A stretch of DNA of 64,000 nt from Steroidobacteraceae bacterium (GCA_035524595.1 DATKOP010000044.1:10792-74791); one strand, 5' to 3'; positions 24,945-38,571 are shown, counted from the first letter of the stretch. Translations and numbers: made by a program. The notes: generated by a model not told the origin, from the letters alone.

Positions 24945-27074
24945 TCAGCGGCGCCGGCTGCCCGCGGGGCGGCCCTCGGCCGCGCCCGCCGCGGCGCCCG
25001 CGCGCGGCGGGAAGCGGGCCGTGACGTCCGCTGCCGACAGCGGCCGTGACAGCAGGAACCCCTGGCCCTCGTGGCAGCCGCGGCGGCGCAGCCACGCCAG
25101 CTGCGCCGGGGTCTCGATGCCCTCGGCGGTGACGGTGAGGCGCAGGCTCTCGCCGAGCGACAGGATCGCGTTCGCGATCGCGGCGTCGCTCGGCGAGCGG
25201 TCGACGTTGCGCACGAACGCCTGGTCGATCTTGATCCGGTCGGGCGGGAAGCGCGTGATGTAGGCGAGCGAGGAGTAGCCGGTGCCGAAGTCGTCGAGCG
25301 CGATCCGGCAGCCCAGCCTGCGGAAGCGGTCGAGCGCGCCGCGCACCGTCGCCGAGTCCTTGACCAGCAGCGACTCTGTGAGCTCGATCTCGATCAGCGA
25401 GGCCGGGATGCCGGCGGCCTGGGCCTCCTGCTCGAGCGTCCGGGCCGGGTCGCCGTGCACCAGCTCCTTGGCCGAGACGTTGATCGCGACCGGGATCGCC
25501 CGGCCCTGGTCCAGCCAGGCGCGGACCTGGCGGCACGCCGCACGCATCACCCACGCGCCGAGGTCGATGATCAGGCCGCTGTCCTCGGCGATCGAGACGA
25601 AGCGCGCCGGCGGCACCTGGCCATGGTCGGTGTCGCACCAGCGCACCAGCGCCTCGAGGCCGACCACCTGGTCGTCGGCGAGGCGGAACTTCGGCTGGTA
25701 CTGCAGCTGCAGCTGCTCGCTGCGCAGCGCCTTGCGCAGCTTGGCCTCGAGGTCCAGCCAGTCGCGCAGCCGGCTGCTCATCGCCGGCGCATACACGGCG
25801 ATCGCGCCGGTGGCGGCGGACTTGGCCTGGTACATCGCGGTGTCGGCGTGCTTGAGCACGGTCGCGACGTCCGGGCCGTCCTCGGGATAGACCGCGATGC
25901 CGATGCTCGGCGTCGAGTGGAACTCGAGGCCGCGGTACGCGATCGGCTCCTTGAGCGTCGCGTAGCAGGCGTTGGCGATCTCGAGCGCGGGCGCGGCGGC
26001 CGCGGCGTGGCGCAGCAGCACCACGAACTCGTCGCCGCCGAAGCGCGCCAGCGACAGGTGCTCGTGCTGCCGCTCGAAGCGCGCGATCGTCGCGGCGAGC
26101 TTGGTGGCCACCGTCTGCAGCACCGCATCGCCGACCGGGTGGCCGAAGGTGTCGTTGATGCGCTTGAAGCCGTTGAGGTCGAGGTAGACGACCGCCACCG
26201 ACTCGCCGGCCGCGGCCGCCTCGGCGACCAGGCGGTCGGCGGTCTCGAGGCAGCGCTGGCGGTTGGGCAGCGACGTCAGCGGGTCGAAGTAGGCGAGCCG
26301 CTCGATGCGCTCGGCGGCGGCGGCGCGCTCGCTGGTGTCGCGACGCACGACCACGACGTCGCCGCCCTCGCGGCGGCTGAAGCGCAGCTCGTAGGAGCGC
26401 TCCTTGCCGGCGGCGCGCGCCTCGCGGTAGTCGAGCTTGCGGGCGACGCCATCCGCGGCCGTGGCCCGGATCGCGTCCAGCGCCCGCTCGAGCTGCTGCG
26501 GCGGCGCCATGCCGAGCCTGAGGTTGTGCGAGCTCGTGCTCGCGACGCCGGACGGGTCGCCGTCGAAGATGCGCGGGCTCCAGCGGATCTCGCCGTCCAC
26601 GGTCACGACCCAGAGGCGGTCCGGCAGCGCCTCGACCAGGGTGCGGACCTGGGCCTCGCGCTCGGCGAGCGCACGGATCTGGGCGGCGTTTCGCAGGATG
26701 TACTCGAGCCGGTACGGCAGCAGCGTCCAGTTGACGGGCTTCTGGACGAAGTCCGTGGCGCCGGCGTCGAAGGCGCGCGCCACCGCCTTCGAGTCGTCGT
26801 GGCCGGTGACGATCACGATCGGCAGGGTCGCGAAGCGCGGCTCGGCGCGCAGCCGCCGGCAGACCGAGTAGCCGTCGAGGCCGGGCATGTCGACGTCGAG
26901 CAGCACCAGCGCGGTATCGTCCTGCGCGAGCGCCGCCTCGAGCGCCGCCAGGCCGTTGTCGGTCGCGATCGGCACGAGCCCCGCGGCGGTGGCGGACTCG
27001 GCGAGCAGCAGCCGGCCGAGATCCTCGTCGTCGGCGATCACCGCGACCGGACCCTTGTCGGCGCGCGTGCTCAC
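24945..27074 (-). CDS. response regulator with REC-PAS-GGDEF-EAL architecture (c-di-GMP turnover)
   Basis: GTG 27074 overlaps the kinase stop (GTGA). REC ('VLLDVDMPGLDG'), intact 'RFGGDEFVVLL', intact EAL motifs 'GLEALVRW' and 'DDFGTGYSSL'. Confidence 0.88.
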   Translation of the reverse strand: MSTRADKGPVAVIADDEDLGRLLLAESATAAGLVPIATDNGLAALEAALAQDDTALVLLDVDMPGLDGYSVCRRLRAEPRFATLPIVIVTGHDDSKAVARAFDAGATDFVQKPVNWTLLPYRLEYILRNAAQIRALAEREAQVRTLVEALPDRLWVVTVDGEIRWSPRIFDGDPSGVASTSSHNLRLGMAPPQQLERALDAIRATAADGVARKLDYREARAAGKERSYELRFSRREGGDVVVVRRDTSERAAAAERIERLAYFDPLTSLPNRQRCLETADRLVAEAAAAGESVAVVYLDLNGFKRINDTFGHPVGDAVLQTVATKLAATIARFERQHEHLSLARFGGDEFVVLLRHAAAAAPALEIANACYATLKEPIAYRGLEFHSTPSIGIAVYPEDGPDVATVLKHADTAMYQAKSAATGAIAVYAPAMSSRLRDWLDLEAKLRKALRSEQLQLQYQPKFRLADDQVVGLEALVRWCDTDHGQVPPARFVSIAEDSGLIIDLGAWVMRAACRQVRAWLDQGRAIPVAINVSAKELVHGDPARTLEQEAQAAGIPASLIEIELTESLLVKDSATVRGALDRFRRLGCRIALDDFGTGYSSLAYITRFPPDRIKIDQAFVRNVDRSPSDAAIANAILSLGESLRLTVTAEGIETPAQLAWLRRRGCHEGQGFLLSRPLSAADVTARFPPRAGAAAGAAEGRPAGSRRR

Positions 27075-30000
27075 GCGCTCGCCCGCAGCGTGAGGCGGCC
27101 GAGCTCCTCGAGCAGCGCCGGGAAGGCGGCGTCGAGCCGGGCGTAGAGGCCCTGGCAGGCGGCCGGGTCGCCCTCGCCGCACCGCTGCTCGAGCTCGCGC
27201 AGCGCCGCGGCGAAGCCGCTGGCGCCGACGTTGCCCGCGCTCGCCCTGAGCTTGTGGCAGCAGGCGCGCGCCGCGCCGTAGTCGCCGGCCGCGAGCGCGG
27301 CGCGCAGCTCATCGAGCGCCTGCGTGCCGGAGGTCCGAAACAGCGCCACCAGCCGGCTGTAGAGGTCGAGCGGGCCGCGCACCGAGAGGTTGCGCAGACC
27401 GGCGACGATGCTCGCGTCGACGCCGGCGAGGGCGGCGCCGGGCGCCGCCGCGGCGGCGCGCCGCGGCACCCAGCGCTCGAGCATCGCGGCGCACTCCGCG
27501 AGCGTGTACGGCTTGCCGAGCAGGTCGTTCATGCCCGCCGCCTGGCAGCGCGTGCGGTACGCCGCCGAGTCGTGCGCGGTCAGCGCCACCACCGGCACGG
27601 CCTGGTTGGGCCCTGGCCGCTGGCGCAGCAGCGCCGCGGTCGCGAAGCCGTCCAGCACCGGCATGCTGATGTCGAGGAGCACCAGGTCGAAGCGCTGCGC
27701 GGCGCACTGCGCGAGCGCCGCGGCCCCGTCGGCGACCGCGACCGAGGTGCAGCCGAGCTCGGCCAGGTAGCCCTCGGCCACGGCGGAGTTGACGGGCTCG
27801 TCGTCGACGACCAGCACGTGGCCGCCGACCGCGGCGACGGGCGTGGCCGCCGCCGGGAACGGCGCTGCGGCCGGGGTGCCGGCGGCGGCGTCGGCCGCGG
27901 CGATGGCACGCTCGAGGTCGGCGCGCTGCACCGGCCGGCCGACGACCGGCGCGGCACCGACCAGCGACAGGAGCCCCGCGCCCTCGGCCTCGGCCTCCGA
28001 GGCGACCACGATCAGCGGCCGGCGCCGGCCCTCGGGCACCGAGAGCTGCGCGCGCAGGTAGTCGAGGTGGGTGCTGGCATCGAGGATCAGCAGCGCACCG
28101 TCGTCGGCCGCGGCGCCCGCCTCGGTCGCGCCGCCGTCGACGACGCGCAGGCCGAGCGCGCGCGCGTGCCGCGAGAGCGCCTCGGCGAGTGCCGGCCGCC
28201 GCGTGACGATGCGCACCGGCCGCGCCGGCACCGGCGCCCGCTGCGCGGCGGCGGCGTCGCAGCGCAGGCGCAGCGTCGCGCGGAAGGTGGAGCCGGCGCC
28301 CTGGCGGCTCTCGACCTCGATCCCGCCGCCCATCAGCTGCGTGAGCTCGCGGCAGATCGCGAGCCCGAGCCCGGTGCCGCCGAAACGGCGGCTGGTCGAC
28401 TCGTCGGCCTGCGTGAACGGCTCGAAGATCTTCTCGATCGCCTGCGGCGCCATGCCGATGCCGGTGTCGCTGACCGCGAACTCGACGTCGGCGGCGCCGG
28501 GCCCGGCCGGCCGCACGTTGGCCTCGACGACGATGTGGCCGCGGTCGGTGAACTTGACCGCGTTGCCGACGAGGTTCAGGAGGATCTGGCGGATGCGCAG
28601 CGGGTCGCCGACCAGCGTGTACGGGGCGGGTTGCGGCGGCACCACCGTCAGGTCGAGCCCCTTGCCGAGCGCGGCGCCGGCAAAAAGCGCGACCGATTCC
28701 TCGAGGATCGCCACCAGGTCGAGCGGCACCGCCTCGAGCTCGATCTTGCCGGCCTGGGCCTTCGACAGGTCGAGCAGGTCGTTGACGATCTGCAGCAGCA
28801 GCTCGGCCGAGGAGCGGATCGTCTGTGTCAGTCGCGCCTGCGCCGCCGACAGCCCGGTACGGTCGAGGAGCTCGGTCATGCCGACCACGCCGTTCATCGG
28901 CGTGCGCAGCTCGTGGGTCATGCGCGCGAGGAACGCGCTCTTCTCCTGTGCCGCAGCCTCGAGCAGCCGGTTGCTCTCGCGAAGGTCCTTGGTGCGCGAG
29001 GCGACCTCGTCCTCGAGCCGCTCGCGGGCCGCGACCGCCTGCGCGAGGCTGCGCTTCTGCCGCCACGCGGCCAGCACGGCGAGCGCGAGCGCCGCGGCGA
29101 TGTAGGCGGCGAACGCAGCCGGCGAGCGCCACGGCGCCGGCGCCTTGTGGATCGTGAGCCGCAGCGGCGCCGCGCTCCACACCGAGTCGGCGCTCGCGGC
29201 GCGCACCTCCAGCAGGTGGTCGCCGGCATCGAGGTTGGTCAGCGTCACGTGATGCTGCCCGCCGAGGTCGATCCACCGGTCGCTCAGGTCCACCATCCGG
29301 TAGGCGAGGCGGTTGCGCTTCGGCGAGGTGAAGTCGAGCGCGCCGAAGCCGAGCGAGACGATCGTCGCGTGCGAGCCGACGTCGATGCGCTCGAGCAGCC
29401 AGTAGGGCGTCGGGCTCGGCAGCGGCACGCCGACGACGTCGACCTGCAGCAGCGCGACCCGCGGCGGCCGGTCGTGCTCGTCGAGCCTCAGCGGGTCGAA
29501 GATGTTGAAGCCGCCGGGGCCGCCGAAGCAGAGCCGCCCGTCCGGCAGGCGCCGGTAGGCGCCGAAGTTGAACTCCTCGCCCTGCAGCCCCTGCTCGACG
29601 TGGAAGGTGCGCACCGCGCGCGTGCGCGGGTCGTAGCGCATCAGGCCCGAGTTGCCGCTCAGCCACAGGCGCCCGCCGGCGTCGACCAGCACCGCGTAGA
29701 TCGTGTCGCTCGTGAGTCCGTTGGCGCGCGACACGCTCTGGAAGTGCACCGCCTCCGGCGCGCTCGAGCTGCCGATCACGAGCTCGAGGCCGCCGCCGTC
29801 GGTGCCGAGCCAGACGCGGCCGTCGCCGTCGACGGTGATGCCGTAGACGGTGTTCGCCGAGAGGCTGCCTGGGTCGGCGGGGTCGTGGCGGTAGACCTTG
29901 ATGACGGAGCCGTCCGGCCGCGCGAGGTTGAGGCCGCCGCCGTCGGTGCCCATCCAGATGTTGCCGTGCAGGTCCTCGGCGAGCGCGGTCACGTTGCCCG

Positions 30001-31540
30001 CGCTGACGGCGCCGGGCGCCGAGCCGCCGTAGGGCAGCTGCTGCACGCGGCCGGTGAGCGGGTTCAGCACGTTGGCGCCGCCGCCGTGCGTGCCGATCCA
30101 GATGCGCCCGTCGCGGCCGGCGTGGATCGCCATGATGCCGGGCGCACTCAGGCCGCGGGCGTCGCCCGGCTGCGAGACGAACGTGTCGAGCCCGCCGTCG
30201 GGCCGCAGGCGCCTGAGTCCGCTCGCCATCGTGCCGATCCAGAGCGCGCCCTGGCGGTCGGTCTCGAGCGACATGACGCGGGCGTCGCCGATGGCGTTCG
30301 GCCGCCCGAGCAGCGTGTCGATGCCGGTCCGCTCGCCGCTCTCCGGGTCGAAGCGGACCAGTCCGCCGCCGAGCGAGGCCACCCAGACCGTGCGGTCGGC
30401 GGCGGCGGCGAAGGCGGTGACCAGCTTGCCCGCGAGCCAGTCCGGCCGGCGGCCGCCGAGCTCCCAGCTGTGCGGATTCCAGCGGCTGACGCCGCCGGAG
30501 CGGGTGCCGATCCACACGAGGCCGGTCGGGTCCTCGTACAGGGACATCACGAACGAGTCGCGCAGCGAGCCGGCGTCGCGCTCGTCGTGCCGGTAGTGCA
30601 GGAATTCGCCGCTCAGCCGGTTCAGCAGGTCGAGGCCGTTCGCGGTCCCGACCCAGAGGTTGCCGCTGCGATCCTCGAGCAGCGCCTGGACGTCGTCGTG
30701 GCCGATGCTGCCGGCGCGGCGCGGGTCGTGCCGGTAGCGCGCGAGCACGCGCCCGGACGGGTCGATGCGGTTCAGCCCGCCGGCGAAGGTCGCGACCCAG
30801 AGGCTGCCGTCGCGGTCCTCGCGCAGCTGCGTGATCTGGTCGCTGCCGAGCGAGCGGCGATCGCTGGCCGAGTGCCGGTAGTGCGCGAACGAGCGGCCGT
30901 CCGGCAGCAGCCGGTCGAGACCGCCCTCGGTCCCGACCCACAGCGTCCCGGAGCGGTCGAGCAGCAGCGTCTTGACCCGGTCGTCGATCAGCGAGTCCGC
31001 GCGCGCCGCGTCGTGGCGCAGGTGCTCGACGCGGCCGGTCGCGCGGTCGAGCACGTCGACGCCGGCATCGCGGCTGCCGATCCAGAGACGGCCGCGGCCG
31101 TCGAGCAAGAGCGCGCGCACCGCATCGCTCGCGAGCGAGTCCGCGCGCGCCGGGTCGTGGCGGAACACCGTGAAGCTGTCGCTGCCGCGGTTCCAGCGCG
31201 CGAGCCCGCCGTCGACCACGGCGATCCACAGGTCGTGCTGCGGGTCCTCGACGATGGCCTGGATGAAGTTGCCGGGCAGGCCGTCGTGCGCGGCGGGCGA
31301 GTAGCCGTAGCGAAACAGCTCGTGCCCCGTGTAGCGGACGAGACCGTCCTCGGTGCCGAGCCAGACGAAGCCCTGCGAGTCCTGCAGCGTCGCGTAGACG
31401 GTGCCCTGCGGCAGCCCGTCGGCGGTCGTCAGGTGCTCGAGCGCGAACGGCCGCGAGTCGGCGCCGAGCGCGGCGCCCGGCGCGCCGAGCGCGCAGATGA
31501 GCCCGGCCAGCAGATGAAGACGCCAACGGGTCGGGCCCAT
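27071..31540 (-). CDS. hybrid sensor histidine kinase with periplasmic two-component-regulator propeller/Y_Y_Y domain, HisKA-HATPase, receiver(s) and HPt
   Basis: 1489 aa. Signal peptide, many 'G.VW.GT..GL.R' propeller repeats, TM helix, H-box 'MTHELRTPMNGV', 'GTGLGLAICREL', REC 'DLVLLDISMPVLDG', C-terminal HPt 'CHKLRASAGNVGA'. Confidence 0.9.
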   Translation of the reverse strand: MGPTRWRLHLLAGLICALGAPGAALGADSRPFALEHLTTADGLPQGTVYATLQDSQGFVWLGTEDGLVRYTGHELFRYGYSPAAHDGLPGNFIQAIVEDPQHDLWIAVVDGGLARWNRGSDSFTVFRHDPARADSLASDAVRALLLDGRGRLWIGSRDAGVDVLDRATGRVEHLRHDAARADSLIDDRVKTLLLDRSGTLWVGTEGGLDRLLPDGRSFAHYRHSASDRRSLGSDQITQLREDRDGSLWVATFAGGLNRIDPSGRVLARYRHDPRRAGSIGHDDVQALLEDRSGNLWVGTANGLDLLNRLSGEFLHYRHDERDAGSLRDSFVMSLYEDPTGLVWIGTRSGGVSRWNPHSWELGGRRPDWLAGKLVTAFAAAADRTVWVASLGGGLVRFDPESGERTGIDTLLGRPNAIGDARVMSLETDRQGALWIGTMASGLRRLRPDGGLDTFVSQPGDARGLSAPGIMAIHAGRDGRIWIGTHGGGANVLNPLTGRVQQLPYGGSAPGAVSAGNVTALAEDLHGNIWMGTDGGGLNLARPDGSVIKVYRHDPADPGSLSANTVYGITVDGDGRVWLGTDGGGLELVIGSSSAPEAVHFQSVSRANGLTSDTIYAVLVDAGGRLWLSGNSGLMRYDPRTRAVRTFHVEQGLQGEEFNFGAYRRLPDGRLCFGGPGGFNIFDPLRLDEHDRPPRVALLQVDVVGVPLPSPTPYWLLERIDVGSHATIVSLGFGALDFTSPKRNRLAYRMVDLSDRWIDLGGQHHVTLTNLDAGDHLLEVRAASADSVWSAAPLRLTIHKAPAPWRSPAAFAAYIAAALALAVLAAWRQKRSLAQAVAARERLEDEVASRTKDLRESNRLLEAAAQEKSAFLARMTHELRTPMNGVVGMTELLDRTGLSAAQARLTQTIRSSAELLLQIVNDLLDLSKAQAGKIELEAVPLDLVAILEESVALFAGAALGKGLDLTVVPPQPAPYTLVGDPLRIRQILLNLVGNAVKFTDRGHIVVEANVRPAGPGAADVEFAVSDTGIGMAPQAIEKIFEPFTQADESTSRRFGGTGLGLAICRELTQLMGGGIEVESRQGAGSTFRATLRLRCDAAAAQRAPVPARPVRIVTRRPALAEALSRHARALGLRVVDGGATEAGAAADDGALLILDASTHLDYLRAQLSVPEGRRRPLIVVASEAEAEGAGLLSLVGAAPVVGRPVQRADLERAIAAADAAAGTPAAAPFPAAATPVAAVGGHVLVVDDEPVNSAVAEGYLAELGCTSVAVADGAAALAQCAAQRFDLVLLDISMPVLDGFATAALLRQRPGPNQAVPVVALTAHDSAAYRTRCQAAGMNDLLGKPYTLAECAAMLERWVPRRAAAAAPGAALAGVDASIVAGLRNLSVRGPLDLYSRLVALFRTSGTQALDELRAALAAGDYGAARACCHKLRASAGNVGASGFAAALRELEQRCGEGDPAACQGLYARLDAAFPALLEELGRLTLRASA

Positions 31541-31670
31541 CGTGTGACTCGGTTAGCCGCCTTTCTGGCCGCGCGCGCAGCGCCCCGGGGAGTGGCTACC
31601 GGCCGGCACCGCAGGCATTAAGGTTAATGACCCCCCGGCGGGCCACCGGCAACCCAGTTCTCAGTTCTCG

Positions 31671-32150
31671 CTACTGAGCTGCAATCCACGCCGCGATCGA
31701 CGCCAGCGCTTCAGCCGCGGGCTGCACGACGGCGGCGTTCAGCCAGGGGACGGACTTGCTCCACGCGAAATCCTTGCTCCAGGGGTGGCGCTTGGTCCAG
31801 CGGTAGCCCGACGACCAGGTGTAGCCGGCCGACCAGTCGTGGCCCGGCGACGCGGCCTGGCCCTCGTTCCACGTATAGCCCGCATTCCACGGGTAGCCGG
31901 CAGACCGGCTCAGGCCATCGCCGGCGAGCGGCGCGCCCGACCCTGAGCCTGCGACGCTCATCACGTAATGATTGCCGGCCGCATCGCGGTTCGCCGGCCC
32001 GCCCTCGCGGGCGGCGGTTGCGGCGCGGTTCGTGCCGGCGGTCGCTGCCTGTCCGCCGACCGACGTCGGCTCCGCCAGCAGCGCCGCGAGCACGCCGAGC
32101 AGCGCGCAGGCGGCGCCGGCGGTCAGCGAGACTCGAGTTCCAACACCCAT
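31671..32150 (-). CDS. small secreted protein with hexad tryptophan repeats (no recognisable family)
   Basis: 159 aa, GC3-rich codons. Hydrophobic N-terminus (LTAGAACALLGVLAALLA). Trp at residues 88, 94, 106, 112, 118, 124, 130, 136 (AGYPW/NAGYTW/SAGYTW/SSGYRW/TKRHPW/SKDFAW/SKSVPW). Confidence 0.55.
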   Translation of the reverse strand: MGVGTRVSLTAGAACALLGVLAALLAEPTSVGGQAATAGTNRAATAAREGGPANRDAAGNHYVMSVAGSGSGAPLAGDGLSRSAGYPWNAGYTWNEGQAASPGHDWSAGYTWSSGYRWTKRHPWSKDFAWSKSVPWLNAAVVQPAAEALASIAAWIAAQ

Positions 32151-32313
32151 CGTGACGATCCCGGCACAGGGGAGCCCGCGGCTCCGTGTCGGTAATTAGA
32201 GACCGGCAGGGGCTGCGCGGTCCGGGACCACCCGCCGGCCGGGACGGCGCCGAGCGTGACCGCGAGCACATAACGACCGGTCAAATGGCGCCGCCCGGCG
32301 GCGCCGCAGGCGG

Positions 32314-36302
<3,989 letters not shown>

Positions 36303-36309
36303 GGCCGCC

Positions 36310-37053
36310 GTGTTGCCGGCCACGATGACGCCGCAGCTGCCGCTCTTCGATGCCCGCGCCGGCGCCGCCGAGTTCGGCGTGCGCCGCAGCACCCGCGCGC
36401 GGCGCCTGACGGTGCGCGTCTATCCGGGCGGGCGGGTCGAGGTCACGGTGCCGGCCGGGGTCCGTCCGGCGACCGTCGCCGACTTCGTCGCCCGCCATCG
36501 GGCCTGGATCGACGCGCGGGTCGCGGAGCTCAGGACCCATGCGCCGCCGCAGCGGGAGGCGCTGCCGGAGCGCGTGTTCCTGCAGGCGCTCGACGCCGAC
36601 TGGCAGGTGCGCTACGTGGCGCGGCGCCGGCCGGGGCTGCGCGTCACGGCCGCGCGCGCGCTCGAGGTCTACGGCGACCCGGCCGAGGTCAGCGGCGCGC
36701 GCCGGCTGCTGCGCCGCTGGCTGGTGGACGAGGCGCGCGATGCGCTCGAGCCGTGGCTCGGGCGGCTCGCGCGGGACTCCGGACTCGACTTCGAGCGCCT
36801 CCAGCTCAGGCGCCAGCGCACGCGCTGGGGCAGCTGCTCGCGCTCGGGCACGATCAGCCTCAACGTCTGCCTGCTGTTCCAGCCGCCCGCGGTGGTGCGC
36901 TACCTGATGGTGCACGAGCTCTGCCACACGCGGCAGATGAACCACTCGCCGCGCTTCTGGGGCCTCGTGCGCGCGCTCGAGCCCGACTACCGCCTGCTCG
37001 ACCGCGAGCTGACCCGCGGCTGGCGCCACGTGCCCGCCTGGGTCTACGGCTGA
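36310..37053 (+). CDS. YgjP-like (DUF45) metal-dependent hydrolase
   Basis: 'TRWGSCSRSGTISLN', HExxH 'MVHELCHTRQMNHSPRFW'. Start is GTG 36310 or ATG 36325. Confidence 0.8.
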   Translation: MLPATMTPQLPLFDARAGAAEFGVRRSTRARRLTVRVYPGGRVEVTVPAGVRPATVADFVARHRAWIDARVAELRTHAPPQREALPERVFLQALDADWQVRYVARRRPGLRVTAARALEVYGDPAEVSGARRLLRRWLVDEARDALEPWLGRLARDSGLDFERLQLRRQRTRWGSCSRSGTISLNVCLLFQPPAVVRYLMVHELCHTRQMNHSPRFWGLVRALEPDYRLLDRELTRGWRHVPAWVYG

Positions 37054-37060
37054 GGCCCGC

Positions 37061-37945
37061 ATGGCCGCACCCGGCGAGCCGCCCGACCCCGAAGCGACCG
37101 AGCCGGCCGGCACGGTCGCCGTCGACGTCTCCGACGAGCCGGTGCACTGGGACGTGCCGCAGGCGCAGACCTACGGCGGCTACCTCGACCTCGCGCGCCT
37201 GCTCGGCGCGCAGCATCCGCGCTCGCCGGAGCACGACGAGATGCTGTTCATCATCGTGCACCAGACGAGCGAGCTGTGGATGAAGCTGTGCCTGCACGAG
37301 CTGAAGGCGGCAATCGCCTGCATCCGCCGCGACGAGCTGGCGCCGTGCTTCAAGATGCTGACCCGGGTCGGCCACATCCAGCGCCAGCTGGTGCACGCCT
37401 GGGACGTGCTGGCGACGCTGACGCCGTTCGACTACTCGAGCTTCCGCAACCAGCTGGGCCGAGCCTCGGGCTTCCAGTCGTGGCAGTACCGGCTGCTCGA
37501 GTTCACGATCGGCAACAAGAACCGCGACCTGATCGCGGTGCACCGCGCCGATCCCGCCGCCTACCAGCTGCTCGAGCAGGCGCTCGTGGCGCCGTCGCTG
37601 TACGACGAGACGCTGCGGCTCTTGTCGCGGCGCGGCTTCGAGATCCCGGAGGCGCTGCTCGACCGCGACTTTTCCGCGCCCTACGTCGCACACAAGCGGG
37701 TCACGGCGGCCTGGCTCGCGGTCTACCACAGCATCGACGCGCACTGGGACCTCTACGAGCTCGCCGAGAAGCTCGTCGACCTCGACCACCGCTTCCAGCT
37801 GTGGCGCTTCGCACACATGAAGACCGTCGAGCGCATCATCGGCTACAAGCGCGGCACCGGCGGCACGAGCGGCGTCGCCTACCTCGCCAAGGCGCTGGAG
37901 CTGCGCTTCTTCCCGGAGCTCTGGTCGGCGCGCACCTCGATGTAG
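37061..37945 (+). CDS. kynA: tryptophan 2,3-dioxygenase
   Basis: 'YGGYLDLARLLGAQHPRSPEHDEMLFIIVHQTSELWMKL', 'SGFQSWQYRLLEF', '[11 protein letters not shown]'. Confidence 0.9.
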   Translation: MAAPGEPPDPEATEPAGTVAVDVSDEPVHWDVPQAQTYGGYLDLARLLGAQHPRSPEHDEMLFIIVHQTSELWMKLCLHELKAAIACIRRDELAPCFKMLTRVGHIQRQLVHAWDVLATLTPFDYSSFRNQLGRASGFQSWQYRLLEFTIGNKNRDLIAVHRADPAAYQLLEQALVAPSLYDETLRLLSRRGFEIPEALLDRDFSAPYVAHKRVTAAWLAVYHSIDAHWDLYELAEKLVDLDHRFQLWRFAHMKTVERIIGYKRGTGGTSGVAYLAKALELRFFPELWSARTSM

Positions 37946-38571
37946 CCGGCGGCCGCGGCCGCCGCCGCGCGGCGGCGGCGCCAGGCGCCGAGCGCGCGCG
38001 GCAGCATCAGCAGCGCAAACACGGCCGCGTAGACGAGCGGCTCGCGCACGTCGCGCTTCACCTGCCAGTAGAAGTGCCAGCAGCCGAGCAGCGTCGCCGG
38101 GTAGATCGCGTAGTGCAGCCGCTGCCAGCGGCGCCCGAGCCGGCGCTGCGCCGCGTGCGTCGAGGTCGCGGCGAGCGGCGCGAGCAGCACGAAGGCCGCG
38201 GCCCCGAGCGTGATCCAGCGGCGCTTGGCGACGTCCTCGAGCAGCACGCGCCAGTCGAAGCCCTGGTCGACCGCGAAGTACATCGCGAGGTGCAGCGACA
38301 GGTAGCAGAACGCAAACAGGCCGAGCATGCGCCGGTACAGCAGCCAGCGCGGCTGGCCGGTCAGCCGCCGCAGCGGCGAGACCGCCAGCGTCGCGAGCAG
38401 GAGCCTCAGCGCCCACAGGCCGAGCGTGTCGGTGATCGCGGCCACCGGGTTCGCGCCGAGGCCGAGGCCGCCGAGCCCGAAGGCGCGCACCGCGAGGTTG
38501 GCGAGCGGCAGCAGCAGGGCGACGAACAGCGCCGTCTTGCCGGCGCGCCGCCACCAGAAGTCGGCGCTCAG
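37879..38571 (-). CDS. msrQ: protein-methionine-sulfoxide reductase haem-binding subunit MsrQ (YedZ); start uncertain
   Basis: Follows msrP with stop/start overlap. '[32 protein letters not shown]', '[17 protein letters not shown]', '[19 protein letters not shown]'. Only a CTG (38571) is available in frame near the expected N-terminus. The C-terminal tail overlaps the kynA 3' end. Confidence 0.75.
   Translation of the reverse strand: MSADFWWRRAGKTALFVALLLPLANLAVRAFGLGGLGLGANPVAAITDTLGLWALRLLLATLAVSPLRRLTGQPRWLLYRRMLGLFAFCYLSLHLAMYFAVDQGFDWRVLLEDVAKRRWITLGAAAFVLLAPLAATSTHAAQRRLGRRWQRLHYAIYPATLLGCWHFYWQVKRDVREPLVYAAVFALLMLPRALGAWRRRRAAAAAAAGYIEVRADQSSGKKRSSSALAR

Noticed and set aside
27254-31621. 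1455-aa plus-strand ORF, with similar long ORFs at 8446-10944(+), 16319-18673(-), 45502-48402(+), 52784-54211(+), 58105-61296(-) and 61926-63161(-)
   Set aside because: All are antisense or out of frame relative to genes with strong family motifs (hybrid kinase, GH81, thrA, acnA, fumC, hrpA, DAHP synthase). All have Arg/Ala/Gly/Asp/His-rich shadow composition. Only the in-frame 3' parts at 48403-49278 (hydrolase) and 54212-54886 (NUDIX) were kept.
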